A DNA stretch of 64,000 nucleotides, taken from Alphaproteobacteria bacterium. GTDB taxonomy: Bacteria > Pseudomonadota > Alphaproteobacteria > UBA9219. The notes below the pieces were generated by a model that worked only from the letters and a program-made list of their open reading frames with translations, was not told the DNA's origin and made no database searches. The DNA is taken from the NCBI GenBank assembly GCA_009779135.1, contig WREW01000001.1, forward strand, positions 173,498 to 237,497, written 5' to 3'. Of the stretch, positions 10,811-19,752 are shown one piece after another; within the stretch, counting starts at the first letter, position 1; each line of letters starts with the position of its first letter. A program made the translations under genes and the position numbers.

Positions 10811-13042
10811 ATGACAGAAATCGCCGCACCGCCCGCCATCCTGCCGAAAAGAAGATCGAGTCCCGAGCGTGTCTCCGCACGCCAGTTTTTGGCCTCGTCT
10901 CTTTTCAAGACGATTGACTTGCGTGAAACCGGACGGCTTTTGCGCCGGCGCATCAAGATTATCTCGCGCATGATGATTTTATGTGCGGCTCTTGGTCTGG
11001 TTCTGGCGCTGATGATTCCGGCGCAGTACCGCGCGGAAGTGACTCTTTTGATGGACCAGCGGCAAAGCAGGATTCTTGATATAGGCGCAGGTCTTGCCGC
11101 CGCCATTTCCGGCGACAACGCCGCGCTGCGCAGTGAGATTGATATCATCACTTCGCGCGCCGTGCTTGATCGCGTGATTAAAAGACTTAACCTTCTGGAT
11201 GATCCCGAGTTTAACGCGCAAGGCGGTGCCTGGAAGCAATGGCTTAATCCGCTTCGTCTTTTCGGCAAAGATCAAATAAGTGACGAAGAAGCGCGGGAAC
11301 GTGAAACCGTGGCCGTGGTGCGGGCGCTTCAAGAACGCCTTAGTGTTTCTTCAACGCCGCGATCCCTCAGCCTTTATCTGACATTCCGCTCCAGAGATGC
11401 CCGCAAAGCGGCCCTGATCGCCAACACCATTGCTGATGAATATCTTGTGGACCAGCTCGAGGCCAAATATGAGGTTACAGCCCGCGCCAACAGCTGGCTG
11501 AGCGAACGTCTGGCCAATTTGCGCGAACAGGTGCAGATCACCGAACGCGCGGTTGAAGATTTTCGTCAAAAAGCCAATCTGGTTCAGATTGACGGCGGCA
11601 CTATTGCAGCCGGACAGATTCAGGGAATCAACACGCAGCTGATTACGGCGCGCGCGGCCACCTCGCAGGCTGAAGCGCGTTTGCGCAGCGCGCAGGCCAT
11701 GCTCAAGGCTGGCAACAGCATTGAAGGGGTTGCGGATGTTCTTGCCGCGCCCTTGATTCAGAAATTGCGCGAACAGGAAGCCGAAGTACGCCGCCGCGAA
11801 TCCGAACTTGCCACACGTTACGGCGAACGCCACCCCATGATGATTAACATCCGCGCCGAGCGTGAAAGCCTGCAGCGCAAAATTGCGGAAGAGATGCAAA
11901 AGATTCTTAAATCTCTGGAAGGCGAAGTTGCCGTAGCGCGCGCCAAAGAACAGCAGCTGCGCCATGATTTATCGCAGCTTGAGGTTCGCGCCGGCACCGA
12001 ACTTAAAGACACCGTCCAGCTTCGCCAGCTGCAGCGTGAGGCGGACGCCAACCGGACTTTGTATGAAAACTTTCTGGGCCGCTTCAAACAAACTTCGGAG
12101 CAGCAGGAACTGCAACTGCCCGACACCCGCATCATTGCGCGCGCGGATGTGCCGCTTAGACCCTTTTTCCCGCAGACATGGCTTTTTGTAGCTCTGGGCG
12201 CGCTTTTGGGCGGCGGGCTTGGGGTTTTGATGACCTATCTGATCGAATATTTCGATCGAGGTTTTCGCACCGCGCCGCAGCTTGAAGAAGCCATCGGCAT
12301 CCCTGTGATCGGTCAGGTGCCGAGCCTCAAGCGCATCACCGAAAAAACGCCCGAAGATTATGTTGTCAGCAAACCGCTTTCAGCCTTCAGCGAAGCTTTG
12401 CGCACAGTGCGCACGGCCATACATTTCTCCAATGTGGATCGCCCGCCGCGCAGCGTGATGGTGACAAGCTCGGCCCCGTCGGAAGGCAAAACGACATTTT
12501 GCTTTTCGCTCGCGCGTTCGTTGGCCATTGCGGGTAACAAGATTTTGCTGATTGACGCGGATCTTCGACGCCCGCGCCTTGCGCGTATTCTCAAAATCCG
12601 CGCGGATCGCAGAGATCTCACGACAATTTTAACCGGCGAAAGCAAGGTAGAGGATGTTTTGCGCACCGATCCCACCACGCCCAATTTATCGGTTATTCCG
12701 GCTTTTGGCCGCTCGCCCAACGCGCAGGATCTTCTCGGCTCCAACCAGATGAAAAACCTGATGGAGGAGCTTTCCAAAAACTATGACCTTATTATTGTCG
12801 ATACGCCGCCTATTTTAGCTGTTTCCGATGCGGCGATGGTGGCGCGCGTGGTGGATACCAGCCTTTTCATCGTCAAATGGGCCGATACATCGCGCGATAC
12901 CGTGACGCAAGCGCTTAAACAGCTGCAAAGCTTCGGCTCTCGCATTGCCGGTGCCGTGCTCAATCAGGTCAATCTCAAGGAAGTCGCAAGCTATGGAGAC
13001 GGCTATTACAGCCACAGCTACCATGCCTACTATACCGATTAA
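10811..13042 (+). CDS. polysaccharide co-polymerase / tyrosine autokinase (Wzc/ExoP/GumC family, PCP-2a)
   Basis: N-terminal chain-length-determinant region with a TM segment, a long coiled coil, and a C-terminal P-loop kinase domain (VTSSAPSEGKTTFCFSLARSLA, DLIIVDTPP). The C-terminal Tyr cluster is YGDGYYSHSYHAYY. Confidence 0.85.
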   Translation: MTEIAAPPAILPKRRSSPERVSARQFLASSLFKTIDLRETGRLLRRRIKIISRMMILCAALGLVLALMIPAQYRAEVTLLMDQRQSRILDIGAGLAAAISGDNAALRSEIDIITSRAVLDRVIKRLNLLDDPEFNAQGGAWKQWLNPLRLFGKDQISDEEARERETVAVVRALQERLSVSSTPRSLSLYLTFRSRDARKAALIANTIADEYLVDQLEAKYEVTARANSWLSERLANLREQVQITERAVEDFRQKANLVQIDGGTIAAGQIQGINTQLITARAATSQAEARLRSAQAMLKAGNSIEGVADVLAAPLIQKLREQEAEVRRRESELATRYGERHPMMINIRAERESLQRKIAEEMQKILKSLEGEVAVARAKEQQLRHDLSQLEVRAGTELKDTVQLRQLQREADANRTLYENFLGRFKQTSEQQELQLPDTRIIARADVPLRPFFPQTWLFVALGALLGGGLGVLMTYLIEYFDRGFRTAPQLEEAIGIPVIGQVPSLKRITEKTPEDYVVSKPLSAFSEALRTVRTAIHFSNVDRPPRSVMVTSSAPSEGKTTFCFSLARSLAIAGNKILLIDADLRRPRLARILKIRADRRDLTTILTGESKVEDVLRTDPTTPNLSVIPAFGRSPNAQDLLGSNQMKNLMEELSKNYDLIIVDTPPILAVSDAAMVARVVDTSLFIVKWADTSRDTVTQALKQLQSFGSRIAGAVLNQVNLKEVASYGDGYYSHSYHAYYTD

Positions 13043-13742
13043 ACTGGACGTGGAAAAATCGCCGATCATTTTTCCAAGAACAGCTACGGCTCTTTTGGCG
13101 TTTATCCTTGTTGTTTTCAGCCTGCCGCCTTTGGCGGCGCGGCTTATGGCGCTTGAAGGCGATAGCATCAAACAGACTTTGATGGAGTCCGAAAAGCTCA
13201 CGCCGGACATGCTTTCTTCTCTGGATCAAAATCGCGGGCGGACTTTGCGTTTTTTCAAACGGGCGGAGCTTTACAATGACCGCGCTCTGGCGGCCTTTGA
13301 GCATGCTCGTCTGGCCACAGCCGGCAAAGCCCCGCCGCAGGAGATTGTAAGACTCTATCAGGAAGCTGAGAAATGGCAGATTTTTGCGCTAAGGCGCGCG
13401 CCGGCCGATCCTTTCGGCTGGTATCGTCTGGCGTATATTTACTATCTCAAGCAGGGCGCATCACAGGCTGTGGCGCGGCTTTGGCATCTTTCGATGCTTA
13501 CAGGCCCCTATGAGACTCAGCTTTCCGTGCCGCGCCTTCAATTGGGCATTGCGCTCGGCGCGCTGCTGGGGCCGCAGGGCGATGCTTTGATCGCGCGTCT
13601 TGCGCAGGATGCTTTCAGGGATTTCCCCTACGGCCTGCCGGATCTGGCCGTACAAGGCTACTTTGTAAGCGTCATCGAAAACGCCTTACAAAATGACCCA
13701 CCGGCCCTTGCTCTTTTCCGTGAGCGCGTGGCGGCGCGTTAA
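12993..13742 (+). CDS. membrane-anchored hypothetical protein (EPS locus)
   Basis: ORF with an SD (aaggaag) before the internal ATG at 12993. One N-terminal TM segment (LLAFILVVFSLPPL). The start is uncertain; candidates are 12945, 12993 and 13023. Confidence 0.45.
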   Translation: METAITATATMPTIPIKLDVEKSPIIFPRTATALLAFILVVFSLPPLAARLMALEGDSIKQTLMESEKLTPDMLSSLDQNRGRTLRFFKRAELYNDRALAAFEHARLATAGKAPPQEIVRLYQEAEKWQIFALRRAPADPFGWYRLAYIYYLKQGASQAVARLWHLSMLTGPYETQLSVPRLQLGIALGALLGPQGDALIARLAQDAFRDFPYGLPDLAVQGYFVSVIENALQNDPPALALFRERVAAR

Positions 13743-15151
13743 GTTTCCTGCCGCGAAGACCAGCTTTGCGCCACGCCAACCCCAAGCAAGGCCATCGCTG
13801 TGGCCGCAATCGCAGGGATGTGCATGCTGAAATCCATAAAGGCATGCGTGCCCACAAGCGCCAAAGCGCCGCAGGCCAGAGCAGGATAAACCCCGCCGCG
13901 TTTGCGGCCCCACACCCCTTGAAGGCAGCAGCTTAAAAGCGCAAACAACGCCATCATCAAAAGAGAGAAGGCCGGCAGCCCAAACTCGAACGCTGTTTCC
14001 AGATAATCATTATGCGCATGATGAAACCATACAGGCAGTGAGGAATCGCGGTAAAGCCGGAACGCATTTTCAAAACTCCCAAGCCCGAACCCAAGCCAAG
14101 GATTGTCCATGATCGCCTGCCGAACCAGATTATAACCGGCCAGACGCATGGAGCTGTCTTCATCCAGCTGCGCCTGATCCAGCCCCATCAAAAGCGCGTC
14201 CCCCCCCAGCGTAAGGAAGAACAAAAACACGCCAAGGCCGAGCGCGGTTAAAATCCCCCACAGCCGCATGCCCCAGCGGCGGTTGACGGCCAGCGCCATA
14301 AAAAAGACTCCCATCCCGACAAGCGTACTGGCCACGCCCGCGCGCGAACAGCTCAGCGACAAGGCGGCCACATAAATAAAGGGCAGGGTCAGCCAGAGAA
14401 TCTCCTTAAACCCCAAAGAGGCTATAAAAGCCGCCTTGCGCGATTGCGCGGCCAAGGCGACATCTTCGATCCGCATATGGCGAAAATACTGGATCAGAAA
14501 AGCAAGCGTGCATAAAAGCCCCAGACCGCCATAAGTGGCATAGCTGTTTTTATTGACGAAGGTCGAGGAAAGGCAGGCCTCATAAGCCCATTTTTCATAC
14601 CATAGGATGGTCGTGCCGCCCGCCGCCTGAACCACAAGCCCGTAAAGAGCATAAAAAACACCCGCAAAAGCGAGCGCTTTAACAAGAGAAAAAGCGCCAT
14701 GACGATCCCGCCCGCCTGTAAAGGCAACCAGAAAGCAAAGCCCTAAAGCGCCGAACCGCAAAAAAGCTTCCCAGAAAGCATCAGGATCAAGGGAGATAAA
14801 AGAAGGCCCCGCGCCTAAAACGCTCTGCGCCTCGGCCCATAAAGGGTGATGCCAAGAGGTCGGCATAAAAGACGCCGTTTGCAGATAAGTCCACAAAAGA
14901 ACCAAAGCAAAACATGCGGCCGCAAAAAGCAGCCTTTTACGCGGCGCCGGCCCGATAAAGGGCTTGGCGTGGTAAACATCAAAAAGCATCCAAAGCGTCA
15001 AAGCCCCCGTCAGCAGAGCAAAGAGATCCGAAGCCCAAGGACGATTGCTCCCAAAGGGCAAAGGCATCAACACCAGAAGAAGAAGAAAAAGCTCAAACCA
15101 TAAAGGCTGCCGCGTTTTAACTTTTTGCGTGATGAGCTTTTTGTCGGTCAT
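13739..15151 (-). CDS. O-antigen ligase / Wzy-like polysaccharide polymerase family membrane protein
   Basis: About 12 TM segments. O-antigen-ligase-like loop region. Alternative start MTDKK at 15151 overlaps the peroxiredoxin stop (TGATG). Confidence 0.7.
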   Translation of the reverse strand: MTDKKLITQKVKTRQPLWFELFLLLLVLMPLPFGSNRPWASDLFALLTGALTLWMLFDVYHAKPFIGPAPRKRLLFAAACFALVLLWTYLQTASFMPTSWHHPLWAEAQSVLGAGPSFISLDPDAFWEAFLRFGALGLCFLVAFTGGRDRHGAFSLVKALAFAGVFYALYGLVVQAAGGTTILWYEKWAYEACLSSTFVNKNSYATYGGLGLLCTLAFLIQYFRHMRIEDVALAAQSRKAAFIASLGFKEILWLTLPFIYVAALSLSCSRAGVASTLVGMGVFFMALAVNRRWGMRLWGILTALGLGVFLFFLTLGGDALLMGLDQAQLDEDSSMRLAGYNLVRQAIMDNPWLGFGLGSFENAFRLYRDSSLPVWFHHAHNDYLETAFEFGLPAFSLLMMALFALLSCCLQGVWGRKRGGVYPALACGALALVGTHAFMDFSMHIPAIAATAMALLGVGVAQSWSSRQET

Positions 15152-15690
15152 CAAGCAGCATCCAAAGGCTTTTGTCCCGGATGCCAGTTGCACGGCATCA
15201 GCCCGCCATTTTGCAAGGCTTCAAGAACGCGCAAAACCTCATCCACATTGCGCCCGACATTCAGGTCTGTAACGCTGACAAAGCGGATCATGCTGTCAGG
15301 ATCGACAATATAGGTTGCCCGCTGCGCCACGCCGGCCTTGGGATCTAAAATGCCAAGCTCGGACGCAAGCTCGCGCTTAATATCCGCCAGCATGGGAAAG
15401 GGAAGATCTTTCAGATCAGGATGGCTTTTCCGCCAAGCCAAATGCACATATTCTGAATCGATGCTGCACCCTAAAAGCTGCGTCTTGCACTGGGCGAACT
15501 TGTCATTGGCCTGCCCGAAAGCGGCAATTTCCGTCGGGCAGACAAAAGTAAAATCCTTGGGCCAGAAGAACACAACAAGCCATTTGCCCTTGTAGCTCTT
15601 ATCAGTCAGAGTCTGAAAGGATTTTTCGCCCTCCACGGCCACGGTTGCCGTAAGAGAAAAAGAGGGAAACATCTGCCCAACACCAAGCAT
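15151..15690 (-). CDS. 2-Cys peroxiredoxin (AhpC/Prx1 family)
   Basis: FTFVCPTEI peroxidatic Cys motif plus a resolving Cys near the C-terminus (PCNWHPG). Confidence 0.85.
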   Translation of the reverse strand: MLGVGQMFPSFSLTATVAVEGEKSFQTLTDKSYKGKWLVVFFWPKDFTFVCPTEIAAFGQANDKFAQCKTQLLGCSIDSEYVHLAWRKSHPDLKDLPFPMLADIKRELASELGILDPKAGVAQRATYIVDPDSMIRFVSVTDLNVGRNVDEVLRVLEALQNGGLMPCNWHPGQKPLDAA

Positions 15691-15749
15691 CGCTATACTC
15701 CTTGTTTTTATGTGTAAATAAGAGAAAAAACGATACCCGATTCTCTCTT

Positions 15750-16799
15750 TTAAGGGAAGAGCGATAAAACCTCATCCATCACAGCAATCCCGCGCTCCGC
15801 ATCCTCGACCGTCAAAGGCCCCATCAGGGCCAGCTGGATCCAGTTGCGCGCTGGCAAATAGCTGCCCTGATAATAAAGCCGGACGCCGCGCGCCTCTAAA
15901 GCCTGCCCCAAATCCTGCGCGGAAATGGAAGGGGGCAGCGCCAAGCTCCAGACAAAATCCGCCTGTCCCTCTGCGGCGGGCGTTTGAAGCTGATGCCTTG
16001 CCATCATCGCGCGGATCAGCGCGGCCATTTTTGCGGTCTCTTCGAGTTTTTTCTTAAAGTCGGTATGAACAAGCGCCGCATGCAGCGCCAAAAGAAGATG
16101 GGACAAAAGCGTAAAAGGAACGCAAGCCTCATCATGAAAAACACCAAGATCAAGATAGGCAGGAATAGAAGGCGAGGGCGCGACCTCATGATTGTAAAAC
16201 ACAAGCGCAAGCCCCGCAAAAGCACCAAGCCCTTTGCCGCTGGTGCCGCTTGCAAGATACACATCGCGCAGATCAAGCTTCATGTTGCCAAGCGCGCTGA
16301 TCGCATCAAGACAAAGCCTGATCCCGCGCGGCTTGCAAAAAGCCAACACGTCTTCATAGGCGTTAATCATACCGGTGGAAGTTTCACAAAGCACAAACCA
16401 AACCCAAGCCTTATCCTGAAGTTTCTGAAACAGGGCAGGGCGGTCAAACCCCACACTCCATTCTTGCGCATGAACATCAAAATCAAGCCCGTGCCGCAAA
16501 GCTTGCATGGCAAGCCTTTCCCCAAACGCCCCATTAGAAAGAACAAGGCCGCGCCCTTGAATCTGTAAAAGCTGCTGCGCAATCATCTCATTGGCCAAAG
16601 TCGCGCTGCCCATCGTAAGCGCACAATGCCGCGCATGAGTCAAACCCCTAAGTCGCGCCAGCGTGTCCGCCCGCACAGCAAGAAAAGCCTCACTGCGGTG
16701 CGAGATTATCTCAGCTGCAAAAGCAGCCCTCACCTCGGGCAAAACCGCAATCGGGCCAGGAAGGAAGTTTAAAGTCGTCATCTCATGATTTTCAAACAT
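15750..16799 (-). CDS. class V aminotransferase (alanine-glyoxylate / serine-pyruvate aminotransferase family)
   Basis: PLP-lysine region LASGTSGKGLGA and overall class V architecture. 349 aa. Confidence 0.75.
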   Translation of the reverse strand: MFENHEMTTLNFLPGPIAVLPEVRAAFAAEIISHRSEAFLAVRADTLARLRGLTHARHCALTMGSATLANEMIAQQLLQIQGRGLVLSNGAFGERLAMQALRHGLDFDVHAQEWSVGFDRPALFQKLQDKAWVWFVLCETSTGMINAYEDVLAFCKPRGIRLCLDAISALGNMKLDLRDVYLASGTSGKGLGAFAGLALVFYNHEVAPSPSIPAYLDLGVFHDEACVPFTLLSHLLLALHAALVHTDFKKKLEETAKMAALIRAMMARHQLQTPAAEGQADFVWSLALPPSISAQDLGQALEARGVRLYYQGSYLPARNWIQLALMGPLTVEDAERGIAVMDEVLSLFP

Positions 16800-16864
16800 A
16801 TACCAAGGCTCTTGACCAGAATCTTTTTTGAAAGAATACTGTGATATAGGGGGAGGATGACGCC

Positions 16865-17134
16865 ATGCCGGTACAAATGCTCACTTTCGGGGAATATCGC
16901 CGCTTAACGCCGGAGATCAAATTAAAGTCGGAGATCAAAACCGCCGCTGCCAGCCTATGCACAAGCTGCAAAGGCATGATCGAAAAAAACGACCCTGCCG
17001 GAGATCAATATATCAACAAAAAGCGAGTTTGCAGTGACTGTTATTTCGGTGCTTTAGGCCAAGCGATCGACAAGCGGCCCATCGGCTTGCCGTGCATGGG
17101 TCAAGGCTTTAAGCCGCACAAACGTGTCCTTTAA
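16865..17134 (+). CDS. small Cys-rich protein (CxxC-x14-CxxCY zinc-ribbon-like), paralog A
   Basis: Strong SD gggggagga before the ATG. CTSCKG...CSDCYFGALGQAIDKRPIG. Paralogous to the 17362-17589 protein. Confidence 0.5.
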   Translation: MPVQMLTFGEYRRLTPEIKLKSEIKTAAASLCTSCKGMIEKNDPAGDQYINKKRVCSDCYFGALGQAIDKRPIGLPCMGQGFKPHKRVL

Positions 17135-17242
17135 CGCGGCCGTGAACACCTCACTACGATGCGAGATTGTCGCGGCAACAAAAGCAGCCTTCACCGCAGA
17201 CAAAGGCGCAATCGAACCCGGAAGACAGTTTAAAGCTGCCAT
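17054..17242 (-). pseudogene. remnant of class V aminotransferase N-terminus (duplicated fragment)
   Basis: MAALNCLPGSIAPLSAVKAAFVAATISHRSEVFTAALKDTFVRLKALTHARQ aligns to the N-terminus of the 15750-16799 aminotransferase (MTTLNFLPGPIAVLPEVRAAFAAEIISHRSEAFLAVRADTLARLRGLTHARH) at roughly 55 percent identity, then terminates. Confidence 0.45.
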
Positions 17243-17361
17243 GTTTTAAAGTAAAAAAGACGATTGTTGCAAAATTATGGAATCATTTGTTATAATGAAC
17301 ACTTGCTACTAACCATACAAATATGTTCGTAGTCAATTTTCCTTTTATTATGGAGAATGCG

Positions 17362-17589
17362 ATGCTTTTTACGGAATATCTCCAACTTCCTGATGATGTT
17401 CTGGACATTCATGCGGTTTCATGCAACCTGTGCGCCCGATGTAGCACACCGGAGAACAAGATTGTGGAAGACCATCAGCGCCTCGGCAAAGATCATGTTT
17501 GTAGTAACTGCTATTACGATGAGTGGGGTAAAAGGCTTGACAAGCAACCGATTGGTTTTCAGGGAATAAGAGGACACTCCCTTAAATAA
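17362..17589 (+). CDS. small Cys-rich protein (CxxC-x15-CxxCY zinc-ribbon-like), paralog B
   Basis: SD ggaga before the ATG at 17362. CNLCARC...CSNCYYDEWGKRLDKQPIG. The ORF could start as early as 17323. Confidence 0.5.
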   Translation: MLFTEYLQLPDDVLDIHAVSCNLCARCSTPENKIVEDHQRLGKDHVCSNCYYDEWGKRLDKQPIGFQGIRGHSLK

Positions 17590-17599
17590 GCCATTCTGA

Positions 17600-17674
17600 T
17601 GGCTGGGGCGGGAGGGATCGAACCTCCGCATGGTGGAATCAAAATCCACTGCCTTACCGCTTGGCTACGCCCCA
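17600..17674 (-). tRNA. tRNA-Gln (anticodon UUG)
   Basis: Cloverleaf readable on the minus strand: TGGGGCG acceptor pairs with CGCCCCA, anticodon loop TTTTGAT, T-arm GGTTCGATCC, discriminator G plus CCA. Confidence 0.85.
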
Positions 17675-17804
17675 ATTTTGCGCACCATAACTTGCTCGGC
17701 AGCGTTTGGCAACGCTCTTAAAAGGGAAAAAACCTTTAAACCCCTTTTTAAGATTCAATATGCTAAAGAAAATAAAGACGTTTTTTTTCGTGGAGGAAGC
17801 TCCT

Positions 17805-18278
17805 ATGCCCAAAACCGCCACCTTGCTTGACCGCACTTTTGATGAGGGTGTCGCGCTCACCGTTGAAGCGCGCAATTATATAGCCTTTCAGGATCAGACG
17901 TCGGCCGAGCGCAAAAACCTGCCGCATAATCTTCATGTGGGCTACCAGCATACGCGCGTTTCGGCACGGCTTATTCAGGTGATGACATGGCTTTTGGCGA
18001 TGAAAGCCCTTCTGGCGGGTGAGATTTCGCCCGAGCAGTTTTCATCCCCGCAATATACACTACCCTCAGCCGAGGAGTGTGAGAACCCCACAGGCCCCGA
18101 GCTGGCCGAGCTCCCCGACGGGCTGCGCTCGCTGCTGGAGCGCACCCACGCGCTCTATGCGCGTATTTTGCGCCTTGATGCCATGGTGCGTGTAAAGCTG
18201 GAGGCTGGCGAGGTTCCCAATTTCGGCATGATCCAAGGCATCCAGATTATCGACCCCCCCACAGACCCCTGTAATTAA
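17805..18278 (+). CDS. DUF1465-family protein (RcdA-like regulator of CtrA degradation)
   Basis: Strong SD ggaggaag before the ATG at 17805. I assign it to the DUF1465/RcdA family, conserved in alphaproteobacteria, by recollection. Confidence 0.55.
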   Translation: MPKTATLLDRTFDEGVALTVEARNYIAFQDQTSAERKNLPHNLHVGYQHTRVSARLIQVMTWLLAMKALLAGEISPEQFSSPQYTLPSAEECENPTGPELAELPDGLRSLLERTHALYARILRLDAMVRVKLEAGEVPNFGMIQGIQIIDPPTDPCN

Positions 18279-18286
18279 GCGCTAGG

Positions 18287-18340
18287 CCCCCTTTTGTCAT
18301 CCTCGTGGCTTGCGAAGCAAGAGCACGGGGATCTGACGCC
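18287..18340. repeat. REP/MITE-like palindromic element, monomer copy
   Basis: cccccttttgtcatcctcgtggcttgcgaagcaagagcacggggatctgacgcc is near-identical to the arms of the 10595-10722 dimer and has the internal hairpin GCTTGCgaaGCAAG. Confidence 0.55.
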
Positions 18341-18372
18341 TACCCTCTTCTATGGGCTTGACAAGGAAACAG

Positions 18373-18387
18373 GAACTAAAGTAGAAC
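18373..18387 (+). promoter_or_regulatory. LexA (SOS) box, alphaproteobacterial type GAAC-N7-GAAC
   Basis: GAACtaaagtaGAAC sits 47 bp upstream of the lexA start. Confidence 0.7.
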
Positions 18388-18433
18388 ATAGAGAATATTC
18401 CTGTTTTGTTCCTATGGCTCGGGGGAGGCTCTG

Positions 18434-19069
18434 ATGCTGACACGCAAACAAAAAGAACTTTTGTTCCTGATCCGCAAGCGGCTGGAGGAAGGCGGCGTTT
18501 CGCCTTCTTTTGATGAGATGAAAGCGGCCCTGGGCCTGCGCTCGAAATCGGGCATCCACCGGCTTGTCTCGGGGCTGGAGGAGCGCGGCTTTATCCGCCG
18601 CCTGCCGCACCGCGCGCGGGCTCTTGAAATTGTGCGCATGCCGGAAGGCGAGGCGGCCACGCAAGGCTCAGGGGCGCCGGAATCCTCGCTGGCCTTGCCC
18701 CTCTATGGCCGCATAGCCGCCGGAACCCCGATCGAGGCCATCAGCGACCCCCAAGCCCATATCCCCGTGCCTTTAAGCCTTCTATCTGCCGCGCAGGAAC
18801 ATTATGTGCTGGAAGTCGCCGGCGACTCTATGATCGAGGCCGGAATCTTGGACGGCGACAAAGTCATCATCAGCCGCGCCCAGACAGCCGACAATGGCGC
18901 GATCGTCGTGGCGCTTATCGATGATAACGAAGCCACCCTAAAATATCTGGAAAAGCGCGGCCCCCAAGTGGCTTTAAAGCCCGCCAACGCCAGCTACGAA
19001 ACCCGCCTCTTACCCGCTGCCCGCGTTAAGATCCAAGGGCGGCTGGTGGGGCTTTTGCGGTCTTATTAA
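18434..19069 (+). CDS. lexA: LexA repressor
   Basis: N-terminal winged HTH ([28 protein letters not shown]) and C-terminal S24 peptidase with Ser (GDSMIEAGI) and Lys (KPAN) catalytic residues. Confidence 0.9.
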   Translation: MLTRKQKELLFLIRKRLEEGGVSPSFDEMKAALGLRSKSGIHRLVSGLEERGFIRRLPHRARALEIVRMPEGEAATQGSGAPESSLALPLYGRIAAGTPIEAISDPQAHIPVPLSLLSAAQEHYVLEVAGDSMIEAGILDGDKVIISRAQTADNGAIVVALIDDNEATLKYLEKRGPQVALKPANASYETRLLPAARVKIQGRLVGLLRSY

Positions 19070-19211
19070 ACATCGCTGCCCCATATAACCATAATTTATT
19101 TATTGATAAGTGTGGTTTGGACAAAAATGAGGGAAAAATCCATAAATGAAATTATTTCTTAATAGTTTCATGCTATGATAACCCCGTAATGAAAACAATA
19201 AGGCTTTATAT

Positions 19212-19688
19212 TTGATGTTTGAAAAACCCCCATCTGCCTTAGCAAACCAAACGGTTATTGTCACCACATGGCGGCCAAAACTGTTGCAAGGATTGCAAAA
19301 CGCTTGGGAAATTGGCAAACTGCTCCTCAATAAACCACAAGATTATGGGGGGTATGTCATGACGGAATCAACAACGCTAGGGGGGCGCATAAAGGGCTTC
19401 TTCGCTAACGCATGGCATCGCGCTGGGGAGGAAGTGAATGGATTCATAAATAGGCCAAGAAAGCCAACTCTGCATGAATTGGCTAAGGAATTGGCTCGAT
19501 CAAATCAGGCTCAGATAGATATATTGGAGCAGCTTATAAAGGACATAGAAGCGGTTCCACGCAAGACACCTGAAGAGCGCGAAGCGGAGAAGAAACAGGA
19601 TCAAGAAGAATTGGCTGCCTTAGTGCGCCGCGCGGTTGCGGAGCATCACGCTAAGAAAGCTCAAGGACTCCCTGCGGAACCGCGTTGA
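19212..19688 (+). CDS. hypothetical protein (AT-rich region)
   Basis: ORF in a low-GC stretch with a charged coiled-coil C-terminus. The start is uncertain; alternative ATG at 19359. Confidence 0.4.
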   Translation: MMFEKPPSALANQTVIVTTWRPKLLQGLQNAWEIGKLLLNKPQDYGGYVMTESTTLGGRIKGFFANAWHRAGEEVNGFINRPRKPTLHELAKELARSNQAQIDILEQLIKDIEAVPRKTPEEREAEKKQDQEELAALVRRAVAEHHAKKAQGLPAEPR

Positions 19689-19752
19689 ATAGAAGTTGAT
19701 ATTTATTCTGCTCGTTCCAAGGTGTTTTTTTTGTTGTTACACGGAGGTTTTT

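Noticed and set aside
15984-16568. 194-aa Lys/Arg-rich plus-strand ORF
   Set aside because: It is antisense to the class V aminotransferase, with basic low-complexity composition.
16865-17589. Idea that the small CxxC proteins are DksA/TraR-type zinc fingers
   Set aside because: The Cys spacing (CxxC-x13-15-CxxC) is compatible, but the acidic coiled-coil N-terminus of DksA/TraR is missing and the motif context differs. They are left as an unassigned zinc-ribbon-like family.
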